A stretch of DNA of 64,000 nucleotides from Ascidiella aspersa (lineage: Eukaryota), in the NCBI GenBank assembly GCA_963924565.1, contig OZ004609.1, forward strand, positions 36,332,001 to 36,396,000. Direction: 5' to 3'. Positions 43,001 through 55,000 of the stretch are shown in pieces. The position numbers were made by a program, and so were the translations under genes. Positions within the stretch are counted from its first letter, which is position 1, and the number at the start of each line of letters is the position of its first letter. Under the pieces are notes generated by a model. That model made no database searches and had not been told where the DNA came from. It saw nothing but the letters and a program-made list of their open reading frames with translations.

Positions 43001-46000
43001 GTTAAAAGGTGGTTTTGCCGGTGGCGTTATCCGAAAACCGTCAAGTATAAACCTGTAAACAAAAGGTCAATTGCACATTGGGCGTAATGCTAATTGCTCA
43101 TTGTTTAATAATAAAGGTTTGTATGTCATTTTACAAAAAAAAGAAAGCTAAAAAAAAACCTTTTCACATTCCAGTGGTCAAACATATACCAAGCACATCG
43201 TAAAAATTTCAAAACCACGCACCAAAAACTACCTCTTACCCACTACCATCAAACAGCGATCGAATTATAGGTCGGAACCGTGTTAGGAAATACTGAGCTA
43301 CGGCGTCGTATTGTATATTGCTCTTTTTATGGAGTTTCCATATAGTCTTTTACTCTTTTTTGTATACCTGCTTAGGCTAAGATATATAGCAACATGTTGG
43401 CTCTGTTTCAATCAATTGTTATTACACTATATTTTATGATTTGAGAGATATACTGTGCAGAAATTGCGCTTGTCAAGTAAAAGGTTTAGGTCTGGTTCTA
43501 ATCTATTTCTTGGCAATAAAGGTAATTTTGCACCATATTTGAGGTTTTTGCCGAATATACTTGTCTTTAAGTAACAGACGCTCGCATTGGATAACTAGTC
43601 CATATGTTGTAGGCCTACATCTAAAAATCGACCTTTCATTTGCACAACTTTTAAAAAAAATTTGACTTTATTCATTTTTACACGGAGTTCTAACGTAAAA
43701 TTTATTTATTTCTTTTCTTTATTTTTTACATTACGATTTTCTTTATTTTTTTACATTTGCGTTTACTTTACGATCAACAACCCTCACGTGCCGCTTGAGT
43801 TTAAATCTTTCGGAAGTTCTAACATTAATTTTTAATTTTTTTATGTTTTTTATTTTACTATAATTGGATAATTAGGCCTACATGGAACCCGGGCGATTCA
43901 CACCGATTCGTTCCCCCTTTCATACCAAACCCCGGGTCGCCGCACCACTCGGTGTGAACGCAAGGGTGCGGATAATTATGTTGCGATGGTCACGTGACGC
44001 AGGACTAGGTATTACTGCGCCGTTCGTCGCGCGCAAACGAACGAAGAGAAGCGAATTCGAACGCGCGCGCCCTTAATTAATAAATAATTAAATTTAGCCA
44101 ACACGCATATGGCTGGCGGGATGCTCTCTCTTTCTGTATGACGAGTGGCGACGAATTTAAGCTGACCCGTTTAAATTTTCGCTCATTCGCTGTTTCGCAG
44201 TCGCACTCAATGCCTGTTTGATTTTTAAAGGCTGTTTTCAGCTTTTTCGGGTTTTCGGTTTGTTTTATTAGGTTTGGCGTGTTTTTGGCAGTTTTTAGAT
44301 GCTATGTTTCGACGCTCGCAGTTATAGATTTCTTTTGTTAAGAAAAGTCCATAAAAACGCCCATGTTTTTCTAAAAGTATTTCAATAGTCGTTAGAGTTA
44401 TTTAATGTCCAGCTTAACTTACGCGTTTAGTCAAAAAATTAGAAAAATTGTTTTTTACCTATTTTGTATTGTGTTTACTAAAGCCATTTTAACTGTTTTG
44501 TTTTTAAATTATTGTAAAAAACGTTAAGCGATCCAATTTTTTAAATCTTTAAATACCCACAAAATTGAAAAGTTTATGAAAAACTTTTTGTTCATAAAAG
44601 TGCGCGGCAAACGTTGTAGTTTTAGTTGCAAGAATTATTTTTCTAAACAGCTCCTTGATTTAGCTGTTTTAAAACATTATACCCTATGATGATATTAGTT
44701 TTACAACAGCTGCAATATATTTTCAAGTTTGTTTTCTATTGCGGTTTATTTATATATAAGTTTTCCCATAGCTCCAATAATAATTGCCAAATAAACATCT
44801 CGAAATTTTAAGGAGCAGAGATATCCGTTTGCAATTAGCGAGTCATTCATATTTACATATAAAATTTAGCATTTTAATGAGAGGCAAGACTGTGACAACT
44901 AGCTAGACTATTTTTGTGAAAAAGTCTAAAAAAATCTGGCAAAAAATTAAGGTATTGTGTTGAAGGCAAAAATAGGTGGCGCTTGATAAGTAAGGTATTT
45001 TTCGTGAGGTTTTTGGAGCAAATAATAGATTGGCAGGATGGTGTTGCCGCGTTTCGTTAGGTAGCTATTTGCAAAGTAAAGTTATTTTAAATCGAACGAG
45101 TTTAATGACAAATTTAGCGTTTTTTTGACATTTGTTAGACCCATTATTTGCTCTAATATTTGGTGATAGTAGTCATATTTTCAGAAAAGCCTTTTTTATA
45201 TTATGAAACTGGCTAAAGACGGTTTAAAGGTTTATTATATTTTTGACTAAAGTTACTTTAATGTTTTTATTAAAAACTTCAATTGTAAAGTGTTTTAAGT
45301 CGTTTCAGTCCTCAATTTTATAACATCTTCTTGCGGTTGTGTCAAATTCCAAGGGTGTTAAGTTCGAATCTGTGCCTAGACAAAGATAGCTTAATCGAGC
45401 CTTTGAAGTCAGGTTCTGTGTCCCGGCATCTTGTCTGTGTGATTAGGAAATGTTGACTGACAGCAGTTTGAGAGAACGTCGTTAAAACGAGCCCATTCAT
45501 TTGGGCGGCTGGATTACACATTGAAATACCTCTCGACGTTTCAATCGAGCTTATTGCGCTAAATTTCAATCAATGTATAACTACTTCCGGATGTAGATTG
45601 GCAGTTCTTAATTCGCCGAAAGCATTTCTAGCGTCAAAAGGTGATCTTCTCTTCCTTGAATTATGTCGCCATTCCTTCAATTAATCTCCGCAACATGTTC
45701 CATAATGCTGGGAGCAAACATACTTGGAAATCGACATCATTCAGCGATTCAGTTTCGATTCATCGAAACCTAAAGCGATTGAATGGATCCTGGAAAGAAA
45801 GTCGTATTTCAATTAAACGCGCCGCCTAAATGAATGGGCTCCATTTAATAGCGTCTGGGCGCCGCTGTTAGGTTCCTGTTCTTTGCCATGTCAGTCAACA
45901 TATCTTAATCACGCCGATCCTGATGCGAAGGTTGTTGTACAGAGCGTTAGGCTTGATAAGGGCGCGCCAGTAGAACACGCTGCTGCATTCCGCACCGACT

Positions 46001-49000
46001 CGTATACTTGTTCATGCTGGTGGAAATATCAGAGCACTGAGAGTGTTGATTGAATTCCACCTGCCAATGAGTGTATATACCCGTGCTGTGTACTGCACAG
46101 TTTGGATTCGCGCCTTACTTCATTTAGGGGCCAATTATTCCACTTTTAATTACAAAGACTAAATGATTACATTGGAACTATATACGGATCTGTTCATAAG
46201 TTTAATGGACTTTAATGGGCCTTCATATCACTGATGATGGCAAGAGTATTTGCCAAAACGTTTGAACAATAAAGCATGTCGCTTTTTTATGTCTATTTGG
46301 GCCGTTATTTTCACCATTAAAAATGATTACAAGTTTGGCAAAACCTGCTCAAATTGAAATCAAACATTGGGGCATAGCATAATGGGTGGAAGTTTTAGTT
46401 GGACGTAATTAAATATCAAGGTGACATTTTTTGAAAAAAATCCAGCATTTAAAAAATGCTAACACATGCGCGTTTAGGTTTTAAGAATTTGTTAGGCCTG
46501 CTCGTCATTTTGAAATTAGGTTAAAGTTAAGAGACCCACGAAATCTGAGCTAATATGTTGGGTTCAGGCTTAAGACCGAAATGTTTTGAAACCCACGCTA
46601 CTGTGTATTGTGCCGACCAATTCTTAACAATGTTATGGCATCGCATAATTATTTGCACCCCACACACGTGCACTTCTTAAATTGCCATGCTTTCATATGT
46701 TTGTCGATGTCTGGGCATTAGCATCGAAATCATCCAAAACGCAGCGGCTTTAATTAAATCCAAGCAACTGCTCAACGCTGCGTCGCCCCAACACAAAAAA
46801 TCAGCTTTCTACACCCGCTCTCTTTACAAAATTCAGCGACAAGACGGCAAATTAATTCGGACGCCGAACTGCGCGTTTAACAGATGCCTAATTAATCCCC
46901 AAGATAATCCCAACCTGATTAAACAGGCCTGGCAGGGTCGCATTTGTGCGGTCCGGGGAGGGTCAGGAATTTATTTTAATTTGCCCTGCTCTGTTTTTCT
47001 GTTGTTTCGCCGCCTCGGCGAAGATCGCGGCCGGCGCATTAATTAATAAAATATTTGCACGTTCATTAATAAAGGATTCCGGCGGTCTGGCATACGAATG
47101 CTGCGTGACGCTCTATAAATACTGAGTGTTCTTATTAGCGTTTTGTTCGCTAATTTTGGCAATAAATTTGCGTCCTCTACTTGACCATTAACGTATTTTG
47201 GGTTTTTTGGCATAGTGGCTTATATGGTTTTTTGGCATAGTGGCTTATATTTTGCTACCTTATTTTGCCCAATAATTTTGCGTCTTGTACTTAAAAAATT
47301 ACGTTTATGTTTGCCACCCTTTGGTACAGGAGCTATATTTCCCTAATTCTGCAAATTCTGATGCCTTCCTTACATTTTACCCACACAATAAAGACGAAGT
47401 GAGTTTTTGGCCGTATGCTCGCTAATTTTTGCCAATTTTTTTTTTAACTTTTCACACAAGATCTTATAATTACCATATTTCCTTAAAAGTTTAAGCCCCC
47501 CGTTATTTTTAACTTGCCTTTTTTTAAATATTTTTTAAGTTGTGAATAATTATTTTCTCGCACGATTTTTGGATTTATTATCCTTAATAACCAATTAGGA
47601 AATGGTAAGGCAGTATTTTGTAATCCATTTTCTCTTTTTGCCCCTTCCTTTAATTTAGTTTTACTGATGTACCACTAGTACACTTAATAATAATGAACAT
47701 TTGTTCAATGCATAACATATAGTAAAATTGCTTCACCTAAAACGACATACATAGTCCGTAATTTGAGTAGGGGTAAATTAACCCCAGGTTAAGTTTTACA
47801 GCGAAACTTATTTCCCAACGGGCTGTAAAATGTGGCGCAATATCACTAAGCGGAAAAAAGTCCGACGCTTCAAAGTCACTTTTATAAATTGGCCAATTAA
47901 ATGTTATCAGCGCGAAGTCTGTCGCAAACCAGACCAGACCCTCAACCACAGTTGATCATGACTCAATCCCAAGGCATCTGCTGACAAAACACCACCCAAC
48001 GTTAGAAGTGCGCCAGATACAAAATTCCCCTCTCCAAGACAAAACCGCTTCCACATGATTAACAATCAGCTAATTACATTTCTTTCTTTTGGCTCAACAG
48101 TCGAGCGGTTGCGGTTTTAACGGAAAATTTTGCCACGAGCGATATGCTTTAAAATGGCATATTGGCTAATTGCTTGAAAACCGCCAGCTTTTAATTGGAC
48201 CTTTAGAGGCACGTGTGTCTTATTAAGGCGTTAAACTGTTTCAAGCGGTTTTAGTGGTGTTAATTCCAGCTGGCGTTAAACACTTGGAAGTTTTTGTAAT
48301 TCCGTTTGGAAATATAGCTGTGTTTATTTGTGTATTAAATGGATTGTCGATCCCTCTTAGTTTAAAGTCATTTGCTGTTTTTAGATTGTGTTTCAAATAC
48401 GAGTGCAACAAACTGAGTAGTCGAACTCGCTACTCACAAACAGTATTGTTTCGCACTCGGTCTATATAAGTAGCTATTCGAGTTGAACACATGGTATGTT
48501 ACTTTGATCTTGTGTAACCTCGAAAAAAAATGCCTGTATTTAACACCTTGTAAGTAATAAATATTAAATAGTACACCGTAAGCCTACCTTGGTAAGGTTT
48601 ACCAAAATAAATCGACACTTTGGGGGTTTCAACATGTGAAATGATTCAATCTTTTAAAGCATTTTTTCCCCAAAATATTATACTATTAATCGGACAGGTT
48701 CAATTTCGACGTTATCTTTAATCCTTCAAAGTGTAAATGTTAATTTCAAACTCTTGATACTCCCCTTTGTTCTATATTGGACCTTCGCACGGAAAGAGTT
48801 AAGAGCCTAATCTCGCGTCTCACTTTCACACAGAACATGGATAACCGCATTTCAAGTTGCTGGGAGGGAGGTCCAAGCCTTCCAAACTAATTGCCTTTGA
48901 CTTAACGTACACATGTTAAAACCTGCCTCTAATCTAACTCCCCTGCCAAGAGATTTCGTGTCGAATTATGTATAGCTTCTAGCTGTGTATTTGCACAGAG

Positions 49001-52000
49001 AATCTTTGCTAGTTGGTTTCATGAGTTTGATTTAGCGTTTTAAACTATTTTTTCGGGTAGCTTTTATTTCTAAACTGCAAAATTAAATGTTAAACCACAC
49101 GCATAAACATTTTGAGAACAATACCAGTCAAAAACACATTTTATCATAATTGTAATTGTTCACAAACTTATAACGAACCATAATATCTACATTCTTCCCC
49201 CTGTCTTTTTACCCGATTTGAATAGGTTGCCGAGACCTTGGTTAACAATTACAATTACCAGAGGAGCTGTTTTTGATTAATATTACTATGCCTGGTAGTT
49301 TATATATTTGAAGAACAACTTTTTTATTAACTGAGTATAAAAAACAGTTTAGTTGTAGAAGCTTTAATTAAGGGCCTTTCGATGATTTATGATGTAAGCA
49401 AACCCATTGCGTAACTCTATTTAATTAGGAACAAGGCGTGTTTGGCAATCTGCCGGCAAACAAAATGATTTAAAATGACGTCAGGCCTTTAGAATATCTA
49501 ATCACCTTATGTAAAAATCGATTTATTTATATCAATACAAGCTATCATTTGAGCATGATCGCTTTACAAAAATCAATTCTGATTTTAATGAACGTCTGTA
49601 ATATTAATGATTTCCAACCGCATTTTAAATACATTCACTGTCTGTCCTTAAGAATAATAGTCGTTGCGTGTTTAAGAACCCAAAAGTAGTTTGACAAATT
49701 TTTATTTTATTTAAGAAAAAGGGGCTTTAGGGAAAAAATGGGGATTCATCCCCTGAAACAGACAGCCCATGTAGGGAGCCTTTTTTGAACTTTTCAATTT
49801 ATCCTCCCTACTTCTGTATGGGCATTGATATTCATTTTACGCCTAACTACAACCCCAATCCATTGTTTTAAGAATTACTCGAAACGTTCACAAAATTCCA
49901 CCTACTCTTGTATGAAAGGGGGCTTTACCCCTATAATGCGCCCCTGGGTAAGTTACTCACATCTTTCAAAGCAGTGAGAGCCGAGCCTTGCATTCTAATT
50001 CGCTTTCCCGCCCGAACCAATCACCGACCTTTCCAAGCGAAATCACGCGTAACCATTTAATTAGTTCTATCGCGGGCCTGGGCTTAATGAGATGGCAGCA
50101 GTTCTGCCCTAGAAGCCAGCTAACCCCTGTGAAGCCTCTAAGCCTGATCCAAGCTCATACCGCTGCTCATGCTGCCTTAGGTTAGTGGTAAGGCGATTGA
50201 AAGACTCTGCAATTAAGCCAGTTTACTTAGGCTCGTCTAGCCGAGTGCGATGTTGGGTTTAAGGCCTATATGCAGATGTATTCTGTCACATTTAAAACTT
50301 GTTGCTGTTGCATAGATGCTGGGCTGTTTGTTCAGTTGAGGCGATTATATACAGTTTATCCGCTTTTCTGGCTATTTTTGTTTGAAAAAGTTCCACAGTG
50401 GTAGGTTTTTACTTTCATTTTCGGTTACTTGTCATGTGTTTTGTTGATGCCTAAAGAGTCAGCGTACGAAAGTAATATTTACTGGCTGCTGTTGTGTAGC
50501 TGGGACTATTTAACACAGTTATACGAATTACTGAGTACATTTGTGGGAAAGAAATTTTGCATATTTTAGTTGATTGTAGTTATTGCTGGAAAACATATCT
50601 GTTGATGTTCACAGATGTCAGTGTACCGCTGTAATATCGTACGGGTAAAAATACTAGATTAAGCTACTAACTGGGCGCGTTTTTGTCAGTTTTGCGTACA
50701 AAAACATACGTGTTTATACTTTTGTACAGCTTTCCTAAAACGTCTAAATATTTTGGAAAAAAATTGACTTAAAAATCGCGACTTTTCGTTTGAGTCTTCC
50801 AACCTGTGTATTTTAGGCGTAAATCTTGTCAACCAACTCGCGATAAATATTTGCTTAGCATTTACGGCGCTAAGAAGTTATGTAGGGGTTTCGCTGATTC
50901 ATTGTATCAACATAATCGGAAGCGGCAGGTGCACATTCTCGCTGGAATACTTGTCCAAGGCCGAGTACAAATAAAGTTAACAGTGGTTAACATATTTTAG
51001 CCTTGGTGTGGACTTGAGGTTAAACGTGTATGTGAGAGCATTTAGTCGCCGGGGAAGATTATTACTTAATTACAGTTAATTAAAAGTTTAAGGTATTTTT
51101 GTACCAGTTGAGCTATTCCGTTTAAAACGCAGAGCTTCGTGTGCTGCTAAGTTGAGATATAGTGATATTGCTTTCAATTTAGCACATCAGTGTCAATAAG
51201 GATTATACTCTTTAAAAATTAATAGCCTTTGCTTGCTGGCACTTGCTTGGTATAAGTTTGAAGTCCAGTCATGCAGCTGGCTGGAGTTTCGCAATTAGAC
51301 TAATTACTGCTGAAGCAATTAGCGTGGTAATTAAGCGCTAGCTGTTGCCACAATTAACGCGCTGCCTGTTGTATGGTATCAGGTTGTAGTGCTAGAAGTT
51401 TCCTTGTTCAGTGTAAAAAACTTTAAATCAAATAAGAAAGATTTTGGAGCATAATGGTTGGAGGTTGTAGTAAGACGTAATAAGAATATCAAAGCCCATA
51501 CAGAAGTAGGTATCATTTTGAACGTTTCGAATAACTCTTTGTTTATTTTAAACATTAGTCTTTATTCATTCAACGATGTTGAAAATGAAGGAAGATTTGG
51601 TTTAGCTATACCATTGTTTCTCAACCAATGGACCCAAACTCGGGTCGCAGTTCGATTTGGCCTGATCTCCGACTGTACTAGTTTTACATGGTTAGATTTA
51701 TTACGATTTGTACTGAGCGATATTCCTCCAAAATGTGAGAAAACTGAGCGACATACGTAGGCATGGCTCATAAAAATAAATTCGAATTTATTTGTTTTGT
51801 TTCATGTTGTGTTTACTTTTCAAAAAGTTCAGTGTGAGTAATTAAGTCGCCCAAGCTGTTTACAATTAAAAAAGGTTGAGAAACACTGAACTAAAAAAGG
51901 TTCGGGCATTTTTATCCCATTTTGCAGCATTTTTTTTTTCATTTTGCAAAGTTTTGGGCCTATTTGGCTTGTTTTCTCTTTTGTTGCTGGTAAAATCATC

Positions 52001-55000
52001 ACATTTCGCCACAACTATAAAAATTGGGGCAGAAACGTTTTGGAAACAGAAACAGAACCCGGTAAAAGCACCTGTGTGTCAGCCAGGCAATTAAAATAGT
52101 TCTCCAATCACGCTAATTCGTCTCTGGTGTAAGAGATACGGACAGCTTAATCGGGGTTTGTCTCAAAACACACGATTTGTATGGCCTGGTGTGTTTTCTG
52201 TTTGCCTACTACTTATCATTGGTTGGGTCGGGATGTCGCCTATCTCTAAGTTACTTGTTTCGCCGAAGATATTCGCTTTACACGAAACGTGAAGATGTTT
52301 AAAGTTGATTGAGCTGTTAGCGGCAGTGTGCTGTGTGGCTTCTGCTTTTTAAATGTGTTTTGTAGGTTTAATAACGCAGTAGACAAGCAAGCCTAATTTT
52401 GTTTGATTCTCAATTGTTGCTTTGTAAACTGTATGGTTTAAGATATCTTTTGAAACAAAAATTTGGTGTTTTTAGCTTGCACCTGTAAAAACTGTGATAT
52501 CTTACTATTGCCAATGCAGTGGCCCGTGTTTTTAAGGGTTATTAAAGGACCAAAACATCTTATCAAAATAAAGCTTCTACTTTTGTAACCACAACAGAGT
52601 ATTAGCAGTTAGTTGATCTAATATATCTTTAATGAAACCTGTATATGCCTGATTTCGTTAATGCATTGTTTCGTAATCTACGTTTTTCCTACTTCATATA
52701 GAAAGACGTAATTAAACAATAACTGTATTTGAATATCTTTAACCTAAATATTTCATTGCATTATTCCAGCCTAATTAGGACGATATTCTTCCTTATAGGC
52801 AAATATAACTTGCGAGCAAAATGTCAAAGAGAACGACAAAGAATCGTCAAAGACCCTAGACTTGAACATAACACAACCCACCAGCACTCAAGAAAACCAA
52901 GCCCAAGACGCATCTTTCAAATCCACCTGCAACAGTGACGTCACAAAGCCTCCCAGTGACATCACAAACCTAACCTGTGCCGAACCAAATGAGTCAGAGC
53001 TCGTGCTGGACTTATCCAACCCAGCAGCCGTAGTCTCGGAGCAGCCCGCCGCGTCGATGATGTCATTCGGTGCTGACGTCACAACCTCCATCCCCCACTC
53101 GGCGATGATGATGGTGGCGACGAAGCATGACGTCATACATTCGAGCGAGAATTCGCTCTCTTCACGGGTGTTTTCCCCCGAAGCATCTGAACCCCAGGAA
53201 ATAATAAAGCCTTCTGTTGTAAGTTGAATATTTTATTGAAAAAAATTAGTTTTAAGCAAAAAGCTGAACGAAATAAATCGCAAGTTTTATCATTTAAATT
53301 AATTGTATATATTTTTTTATCTTAAATCTTGTAAAATTCGTTCATTGCGTTCCTAAATCTTAAAGATATAACATTTAAAACAGATTTTTTTGGAAAAACT
53401 ATTTTTTTTTTTTTTAAGCAAATGCGATTGAGTGTGAACTGTGATTGTTGTTTCAGTTTTTATTAAGTAGTTCGTTTTTTAATTTTTTTTTTTCAAATTA
53501 ACCACTTAATTGTATATCAAAAGATTCTTAACTTTCCTAATAAAGTAATTGCTGTTCTATAATTCAAAGGTAAATTTAAAGGTGAAGTTATTATTTTCTT
53601 ATTAAAAGAGCCAATTGTCGAGTCAACCTTATTTCCAAATATATTTTATACACTAAATTAATGACGTCACGTTTTTATGACGTAGTCATCTGTGTCGTCA
53701 CCGCCCTCGATGGTCGTCGAAGCGTTACAGAGACCTTTCGTGAAAGATGAACGGTGGTTGGGCAATCACGAAGATGAAAACAACTCACGAAGCAACTTTA
53801 AAACTCCGGTGAGACAATCAAGACATGATTCAGTGACAGTGGTTGAATCGTCTATCAAGGAAGCCAAAAAAAATAAGCTTTCTAATTATTATTGTCACTT
53901 TTTTCGAAAGATCCTAATTATGAATGAACGGATTGATATTATTTGTTTAGTTTATTTTTTAGTTCAGATCGCAAACTATAGGGAGTTCCAATTGAAATCA
54001 TTTTCTTGTATAAAACAATCACGTTGTTTTTATTAACCCAGAAACAGTGTTTCTTAACCTATGGGTCGCAGCCCCGAAATTGGGCTGCGTATTATTTGGT
54101 TGGGTCGCCGACTGCAGTATAGTTCTATAAGACGAGACTTATTGAGATTGGATGTGAGTTTTCTCTAAAATTTGAGAATATTGCGGTAGCAATACGAATA
54201 CATTGCTCTTATTTAAGAAATCGCACTGATAATGCTAACTGCTAATGTCTTGTACACTTAAAAGTTCAGTAAGAGAAAAGGTTCGTCATAACTTCGCCGT
54301 TGCACTTACGCTTTAGTTTTTGGGTCATTGCGAACAAATATTCTTAATTTAGAATTATAACAATTATCTCAATTTATACAGAAGCGTCCCAGCGCTATTT
54401 AATTAAAACAGTGTTAAGTTAATAGCTAAAAACCGATTTTTACTCTATTTGTTGCTTCAGGAGAGCCACAAGGTTAGTGACAGCTTCGCCGGTTCTTCGA
54501 TGGACGTTTTGTCGATGTCTTTGTTCCAATCGCGCAACTCCTGCAAGACCCTGAAGTGTCCACACTGCAACTGGCACTACAAGTACAGGTGAACGCAGAG
54601 ACTGTGGAATGTTTTAAAGCTGTGATCCTCAACCTTTTTGTTGTCGCTACCCCTTGCCAGTTTTCAGTTTTCCATTAAAAAAAAGAGTAAAGGAGACTCA
54701 AAAACACGACTGGTTCACTAAATCAAATGTTGTTAACATAATTGTTAGACTGGGTAGCTTTTCACTCTTTTGCTCCATAGACTGCTATTTTTTCTTTTTT
54801 TTCGTGTGACAACTAGTACACAGCGACCCCCCTGACACCTCTTTTGACCCCTTTTGGGGTCGCAACCCCCCACATTGGGAACCACTGCTGTATAGAGATA
54901 TGTACTTGCTTTTAATTTGCTTCCTATTTTTTCCAAACTATTGAAACGAATATTATTCTGTTTCGTTCAGTAATATTAGATTTTTTAACCTAGTGATAAA

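Larger units (their letters stand above)
15854..52798 (+). other. ~36.9 kb intron 4 of ZFHX, dense in putative cis-regulatory islands
   Basis: Starts gtaagt and ends ttatag. The flanking exons join in phase 0. No convincing coding exon was found inside. Confidence 0.75.

Noticed and set aside
42914-43028. CRISPR-like appearance of this and the 56090-56297 array
   Set aside because: The units are contiguous with no unique spacers, there are no cas genes, and the context is eukaryotic intron.
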